From NCBI GenBank assembly GCA_964634595.1, contig CAZWKU010000002.1:4070-68069 (forward strand): a stretch of DNA of 64,000 nucleotides, read 5' to 3'. The notes under the pieces are model-generated. The model was not told the DNA's origin. It made no database searches and saw only the letters and a program-made list of their open reading frames with translations. Source of the stretch: an uncultured Candidatus Saccharibacteria bacterium (GTDB taxonomy: Bacteria > Patescibacteriota > Minisyncoccia > Phycocordibacterales > Phycocordibacteraceae). Each line of letters opens with the position of its first letter. Positions within the stretch are counted from its first letter, which is position 1. Shown in pieces: positions 59,584 to 64,000 of the stretch. Both the position numbers and the translations under genes were made by a program.

Positions 59584-59613
59584 AGTGAATAACTCAACGG
59601 GTTGAGGTATTCG
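59584..59613. repeat. Palindromic element GAATAACTCAACGGGTTGAGGTATTC downstream of grpB
   Basis: Shares GAATAACTCAAC..GTTG with 58925-58956. Confidence 0.5.
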
Positions 59614-60022
59614 ATGTTTTGCCGAGGAATTCACGAATCATTCGAATATCGTCAAAATCTTTAGGACGGCCATATTCTTGTTTAAAATCCATCAAGCTTT
59701 CAAGAGTGATGAAGGGAATATTTTCTACTATTACTGCGTTCTTCAGTAACTCCTTTGCAGAAATACCGCCAGTTTTCCGACTTAGCTGTACATATAATTC
59801 AATATCTCCTTTCTTGAGCCATTCTTTGCCGGGGATTCCATGTTTAGTCCACGATCGGATTTCCCACCCTTCTTTTTTGCACTTTTCGAATAGTTTAGGC
59901 GTTACCACGATATCGAGATCGTTTGTCTTTCGAATGCCCATTGCAACCATGATTGCACTTCCTACAACGATATATTCGTTGGGCGGGAAATTCAATTCCT
60001 TTATTTCGGCAAAAATATCCAT
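59594..60022 (-). CDS. Minimal nucleotidyltransferase (Pol-beta superfamily NTase domain)
   Basis: VVGSAIMVAMGIRKTNDLDIVV (GS...DxD) motif; AT-rich. Confidence 0.5.
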   Translation of the reverse strand: MDIFAEIKELNFPPNEYIVVGSAIMVAMGIRKTNDLDIVVTPKLFEKCKKEGWEIRSWTKHGIPGKEWLKKGDIELYVQLSRKTGGISAKELLKNAVIVENIPFITLESLMDFKQEYGRPKDFDDIRMIREFLGKTSNTSTR

Positions 60023-60318
60023 TATTTTAGTGTGTAATAGACGGTTTTGCCGATATCGCCGTGCTGGGTGATCTTCCCCTCCTTTTCTAGCTCGTCCAAA
60101 TACCGCTCCGCTGTCGCGTTAGAAACTCCGGCTAGTTTTTCCACATCATTATTCTGAATTTTTCCGTGCTGCTGCACGAACGCGAGAAGCTTCTGCTTGT
60201 TCTCGGCTTTCTGTTCCATCTGCTTGGCGATAAATCCGGCATTCGTGTTTCGACGAGCGATGTACATCCCTAGTGCGATTCCGGCGAGAGCGACGAGGAT
60301 TAAGATAAGATAGTTCAT
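60022..60318 (-). CDS. Membrane-anchored winged-helix DNA-binding protein
   Basis: N-terminal TM helix; C-terminal HTH-like DVEKLAGVSNATAERYLDELEKEGKITQHG. Confidence 0.45.
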   Translation of the reverse strand: MNYLILILVALAGIALGMYIARRNTNAGFIAKQMEQKAENKQKLLAFVQQHGKIQNNDVEKLAGVSNATAERYLDELEKEGKITQHGDIGKTVYYTLK

Positions 60319-60321
60319 GTT

Positions 60322-60912
60322 TTAGTTTCGCTGGATGACAATACCACGATACGCAAAGAATTTCCTGAACTGAGCATAAGGTACAAAGACTCTTTCTTGT
60401 GAGCCGTTTGATTGAAAACCAGATGGGTTATTGATATAGAAACCTCGACTCCTGTCGTCATAACCGACGACCAAAATGAGATGCCCACCACGTTTCGGAG
60501 GATTACTTTCAGGATTTCGTATGTTTGGATGAACGGAAGCAATAACAAAATCGCCCCTACTTATTGCACCTTTGATTTCACAGAAAGAAAGTGCCGGAAT
60601 AGATTTCGCATTCAATCTGTACTCACTGCGGACGAAACTGCAAAACTCCGCATAGTAGAGTGGCGATATCTTCTTATCTTTTATCTTGAAGACTCCATAC
60701 TCTCCTGCCTTCTTTGCGAGCTTCACTAGTGGAATTGAAGCGTACTTTTTATCTCCGGCGGCGAGTATCATTTTAAAACACGCAATACCGCAGTCACTCC
60801 ATGTCCATCGCTCGTATTCGTCTTCATTATCAGCCCCCGACTGCACCCATAAGGGGTCTGTACTTAATGCAACCTCGCCGTGTATATATTTCTCTACTAG
60901 GTCGGCGGACAT
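60322..60912 (-). CDS. C39-like (Peptidase_C39_2) papain-fold cysteine peptidase
   Basis: Nucleophile SDCGIACFKMIL and His GGHLILVVGYDD. The 5' end of the longer ORF (to 60987) runs into an IS remnant; start placed at ATG 60912. Confidence 0.6.
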   Translation of the reverse strand: MSADLVEKYIHGEVALSTDPLWVQSGADNEDEYERWTWSDCGIACFKMILAAGDKKYASIPLVKLAKKAGEYGVFKIKDKKISPLYYAEFCSFVRSEYRLNAKSIPALSFCEIKGAISRGDFVIASVHPNIRNPESNPPKRGGHLILVVGYDDRSRGFYINNPSGFQSNGSQERVFVPYAQFRKFFAYRGIVIQRN

Positions 60913-60947
60913 GAACTGCGAATAGTATGGCGCTTCTACTGACGCAG

Positions 60948-61038
60948 AATGGGGACAGTCACGATTTAAATCAAAATAACGTTGCATAATATATCAGTGC
61001 CCCGTCTTGATCGCGTCGATGTCGGAAACGAAATATAT
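60948..61038 (+). mobile_element. Left-end remnant (~90 bp, with TIR) of a third RAYT element; rest deleted
   Basis: GCAGAATGGGGACAGTCACGATTTAAATCAAAATAACGTTGCATAATATAT...GTCGGAAACGAAATATAT then divergence. Confidence 0.6.
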
Positions 61039-61250
61039 ATCAAGGCTAGGGATGAACACGGTGGGACCGTGGGTACACATTTCTCTCACAAAATAAGTTC
61101 GTCGTCACTCACTTATTTCGCGAGCCGCCTCGCGCGACCCCTCGTGCTCTCGGGGTACCCCGCGCTCGCTTTCGAATCCTACACGAACTGCTCTTGCAGT
61201 TCTCCGCGGAGCACAGAAAAAGCGCCTTTCGGCGCCTCTTCTTTTTCTGT

Positions 61251-61340
61251 GCTCCGCTGGGTAGAAAATGTTCGAACCTTTGTATAAAAGAAAACCGCCT
61301 CGCCAGGAGAGCGACGAGGTCGGTCTCTTGAGCGAGGCGG
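61251..61340. repeat. Intergenic repeat family member (GCTCCGCTGGGTAGAAAATGTTCGAACCTTTGTATAAAAGAAAA plus long hairpin)
   Basis: Preceded by a nested hairpin 61208-61250 (GCACAGAAAAAGCGCCTTTCGGCGCCTCTTCTTTTTCTGTGC). Confidence 0.55.
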
Positions 61341-61343
61341 GCG

Positions 61344-61676
61344 CTAGTCTTCCTTCAGGTTGGCTATCGCTGCTGAAATTGCGGGCTCCAGTTCTCTGGG
61401 CGTATAGATTCTGAAACCCTCGGACATCCAAGCGGTGACACAATTGTTTTTGAAGTTTCCAGCAGCAATAACCGTTTGCATTTTGCTACTGGCGTAGAGG
61501 CCGCTGGCTTGTGCAAGGTCGAGATGACTAACGTGCCACCCAACGTAGAGAGTGTGTTTATTCCCCTCTCCCTTTGCGAGCAAGAATTTACCCAACCCAG
61601 CTCCTTTGCGAGCTTCTTTCCACACGACTTCAATTTCGAGGACTTTCATTTCGGTCTTTTTTGGTTTCCTCACCAC
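61344..61676 (-). CDS. Hypothetical protein
   Basis: ORF; probable start at internal ATG (MKVLEIEVVW). Confidence 0.35.
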   Translation of the reverse strand: MVRKPKKTEMKVLEIEVVWKEARKGAGLGKFLLAKGEGNKHTLYVGWHVSHLDLAQASGLYASSKMQTVIAAGNFKNNCVTAWMSEGFRIYTPRELEPAISAAIANLKED

Positions 61677-61740
61677 TTTGTTAGCGTCCTTGGCGCTGGT
61701 TGGAACATTCGTTATTATCTAAGCACAATATAGAAACGGT

Positions 61741-61828
61741 GTCAATACCTAGCTCCGCTGGGTAGAGAACGTTCGAACCTGTATATAAAAGAAAAACCGC
61801 CCGGAGCGCGGCGGAGACACTCCGGGCG
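61741..61828. repeat. Intergenic repeat family member (GTCAATACCTAGCTCCGCTGGGTAGAGAACGTTCGAACCTGTATATAAAAGAAAAA plus hairpin CGCCCGGAG...CTCCGGGCG)
   Basis: Best-preserved copy; follows the stop of 61839..62465. Confidence 0.6.
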
Positions 61829-61838
61829 CTTCAAGCGG

Positions 61839-62465
61839 TCAGTTCATCGAGCTACGTTGGGCGCTTTTCACTTTGCCCCATATTGAAGCGTGATAGAAAA
61901 GTTCTGCCACCTTCCCGCCTATGCGGAGCGGTTTACGGCTTGAATCCTGCAGACAATTCCAGTTATCGACTTTCGAAAGGAGAGGCTCACGTCGTCCTCC
62001 CTCCATCCACTTGAAGTTCCGGAGGATACTTGCCGCCTGGCTTTTGCTACGGCAGACCGCGAGGTGGAATGCGGAGTTCTCGTCGGCCCAGATGAGAATG
62101 CCTTCTCCTCTTGGGCCCGTAGGTAAGGGTCCCCAGAAACCTCCAAGCTCAGGTGGGGCAAACGCATCGACGCGGGCACCCGCACTCGTCATCGCCACAA
62201 GCATGTTGCCAAGACTGCTACCTGCATCCCCTAAGATTTCGACGACTTCGTCACTTGAAGTCGCGGGGAGTTCAGCAGAGACGCCCGTAAGCTCATCTCC
62301 ATGCTTCAAATTCTTTGTGGTGAGCAGGGATTGAATTTGCTCTTGAGACGAGCATACCCAGAGCCGGAGGTTGGGAGAACTGCCGCTTTCAGTACGGCCT
62401 TCGTCCCACTCGCAATGGGCCACCAAGGGTTGTTGCAAATGGGTCGGTCCAATGGTGAAGAACAC
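61839..62465 (-). CDS. Hypothetical protein
   Basis: ORF only. Confidence 0.35.
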   Translation of the reverse strand: MFFTIGPTHLQQPLVAHCEWDEGRTESGSSPNLRLWVCSSQEQIQSLLTTKNLKHGDELTGVSAELPATSSDEVVEILGDAGSSLGNMLVAMTSAGARVDAFAPPELGGFWGPLPTGPRGEGILIWADENSAFHLAVCRSKSQAASILRNFKWMEGGRREPLLSKVDNWNCLQDSSRKPLRIGGKVAELFYHASIWGKVKSAQRSSMN

Positions 62466-62547
62466 GGAACACCTCTTTGTTTTGAGTTCTATCGTGGACT
62501 ATAATACAAAAATACAAATTTGTCAGTTCGAACAAAATCTATTGCCC

Positions 62548-62620
62548 GGCTCCGCGGGTAAGTAGGCTTGCCCGCTGTCGCCTCGTTCAAAAACAAAAAA
62601 GCCCGATGAGGGCTCTTTTG
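62548..62620. repeat. Second repeat family copy 2, followed by terminator hairpin GCCCGATGAGGGC plus T-run
   Basis: Identical 58-bp block to 57483-57540. Confidence 0.55.
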
Positions 62621-62630
62621 TTTTATTCTC

Positions 62631-62701
62631 TCGGCTCCGCTGGGTAGAGAACGTTCGAACCTGTTTATAAAAAGAAAAGCCACCCAATAAGAGCGGGTGG
62701 C
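62631..62701. repeat. Intergenic repeat family member (GGCTCCGCTGGGTAGAGAACGTTCGAACCTGTTTATAAAAAGAAAA plus hairpin GCCACCC...GGGTGGC)
   Basis: Follows the stop of 62722..63273. Confidence 0.6.
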
Positions 62702-62721
62702 CCTTCAAGGGTGGCGGTAAT

Positions 62722-63273
62722 CTAAGTCATTGGTTTTCTGAGAATCGTTGAGCGTAGCTGCTGCCAGTGACTCTTGAGAAACTGCCAGAACTCGCGCCAG
62801 TCATTGCGAATCCCGCGAATAAATGATGGTTCCTGGAGCCGATATGTCGGCAGTGGGATAACCTCATGCGGGATGCCAAGCCAGTCTTGGTATACGCTCT
62901 TGTAGAGCGCAACGAAGTCTGCCGTGTTTGGACTCTCGATTGCTATTTTGACAACTCGCCGCCCGGGCGTATCGAGTGCTTCAGAAACGTTCGCTTTTGC
63001 TTCCCCGAGCGTGAACATCTTGAAATAGCTTTTACGATAGGCATCTTCAGGAAGACGAGGCAATGTGGTCACCCACATCTCATCCCGCAAGCTAATGACA
63101 TGTGCAGCGAGATGTTCTGTGGGTAGCGAATCATTCAACACTGACCACAAATCGAGTGTGCCGCAGGTTGAGCCGCAGATTCTAGACAAGCGCAAAATTT
63201 TCATAGAACTTCTCCTTTCGCTCTGCCGTGGCTTTACCACGGTCAGGCCATAGGCGCGCCAACATTGACGCAA
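62722..63273 (-). CDS. Hypothetical protein
   Basis: ORF only. Confidence 0.35.
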   Translation of the reverse strand: MRQCWRAYGLTVVKPRQSERRSSMKILRLSRICGSTCGTLDLWSVLNDSLPTEHLAAHVISLRDEMWVTTLPRLPEDAYRKSYFKMFTLGEAKANVSEALDTPGRRVVKIAIESPNTADFVALYKSVYQDWLGIPHEVIPLPTYRLQEPSFIRGIRNDWREFWQFLKSHWQQLRSTILRKPMT

Positions 63274-63592
63274 AATAAGTCTAGCATATTAAAATACTTT
63301 TGTCAATCTTTTGCTCCCCATTGCGGCCAAGTTCAGAATGGCAGATTGGGTACAGATTGAGCGCGACCTTCAATACAGTGGTCTCCTGTCATCGCCGTTC
63401 TTCGCAGATTTGACCTACGCATAAAGCGCATTTCATTGAGACAGGTTCAGAACTATTCGACTATGGTATGCTGGACACATGAACAAGATACCCCCGCAGG
63501 TTCTCTTCTTTTCAGGACAGATGCCACGTGAGGCAATCACTCAAACGAAAAAAGAAGGGCAACAAGCGGAACAATCAACAAAAGAAGTTCGG

Positions 63593-64000
63593 TTAGCTTA
63601 TACTGATAAGCACTTCGCCATCGGGGACCTTGCACTCGCGCACCTCTTGAATGACACCCTTGTCCTTCGCAAAAGTTAGCATTTTCGACTCACCCTTTTT
63701 GAACAAGCCCTCCATTTCCTCCTTGGTCATTTTCGTTTGCGAAGCAATGATGCCAGCTATCTTATCTTGGTCCGTGCTCAGTCGACTATCTATCTCCTGA
63801 ACTGCGGCCAAGTTCAACGTAGCCCCTTGCTGTAGGTTTACTCCGACCCCATGAAAGAGAAAGCTGCTGTTTTCAACGGCATACCTTTCTGCACCTGCAA
63901 CGAAAATAACAGTTGCGATTGAGTCGATGGAACCGATGTTGTGCATCACGGCCTTGACGGGCAAACTCTTGAGGAAGTTGTAGAGCGTGATGCCAGAGGA
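63593..64000 (-). CDS. ClpP-family (S14) serine peptidase, C-terminal part (N-terminus beyond window)
   Basis: IGSIDSIATVIFVAGA (Ser region, compare GQAASMGAFLLAAGA) and FLFHGVG (His region, compare IMIHQPLGG). Confidence 0.55.
   Translation of the reverse strand, partial: SSGITLYNFLKSLPVKAVMHNIGSIDSIATVIFVAGAERYAVENSSFLFHGVGVNLQQGATLNLAAVQEIDSRLSTDQDKIAGIIASQTKMTKEEMEGLFKKGESKMLTFAKDKGVIQEVRECKVPDGEVLISIS

Noticed and set aside
54306-62701. GGTTCGAACC-containing repeats as possible tRNA 3' halves or tRNA-derived att sites
   Set aside because: Flanking bases cannot form a T-stem/acceptor stem on either strand; no CCA or acceptor-like continuation. GTTCGAAC is simply a self-complementary octamer within the repeat.
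54306-62701. Classical integron attC sites
   Set aside because: No match to the R''/L''-L'/R' GTTRRRY/RYYYAAC cores and no intI seen in the window. Only the cassette-like organisation is retained as a hypothesis.
63479-63679. 66-aa plus-strand ORF
   Set aside because: Overlaps the C-terminal region of the ClpP-like gene on the opposite strand; no RBS.

Overview
Reduced-genome, CPR/Saccharibacteria-like bacterial window (lineage is inferred from gene content only) in two parts. Region 1-50.2 kb is a conserved core. It holds an SMC C-terminal fragment, glutamate dehydrogenase, RNase R, rpsP-KH-trmD, rpoB-rpoC, dnaG-rpoD, hisS, prmC, an FAD-linked oxidase, a mannose/mannoside cluster (PMM, NUDIX, three GH130 domains, PMI-type cupin), cell-envelope genes (uppP, GT2, DedA-like, 3D domain), a complete cyoABCDE quinol oxidase operon, truB, a SET-domain protein co-transcribed with an ABC-F ATPase, and a lexA/Y-family polymerase cassette with a candidate operator. 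Region 50.2-64 kb is an AT-richer accessory island. It holds two near-identical RAYT-type HuH transposase elements with 19-bp terminal inverted repeats and duplicated ends, solo end fragments, and a mosaic of diverged gene-fragment duplicates (abcF 5' end, DUF454). The rest is a run of mostly minus-strand small cargo genes: Fic, YjjX NTPase, a MazF-like toxin, GrpB, a minimal nucleotidyltransferase, a C39-like peptidase and a partial ClpP-like protease. Almost every one of these is followed by a member of a conserved ~40-bp repeat family plus a variable GC hairpin (cassette-array-like). Other notable points: a PaaX-like regulator flanked by three copies of an operator-like palindrome, a glycine-rich RRM protein gene with an apparent frameshift at a homopolymer, 52-bp direct repeats bracketing a GNAT gene downstream of rpoC, and two convergent paralogs carrying a beta-carbonic-anhydrase-like Cys/His motif. 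No rRNA, tRNA or CRISPR array was found.
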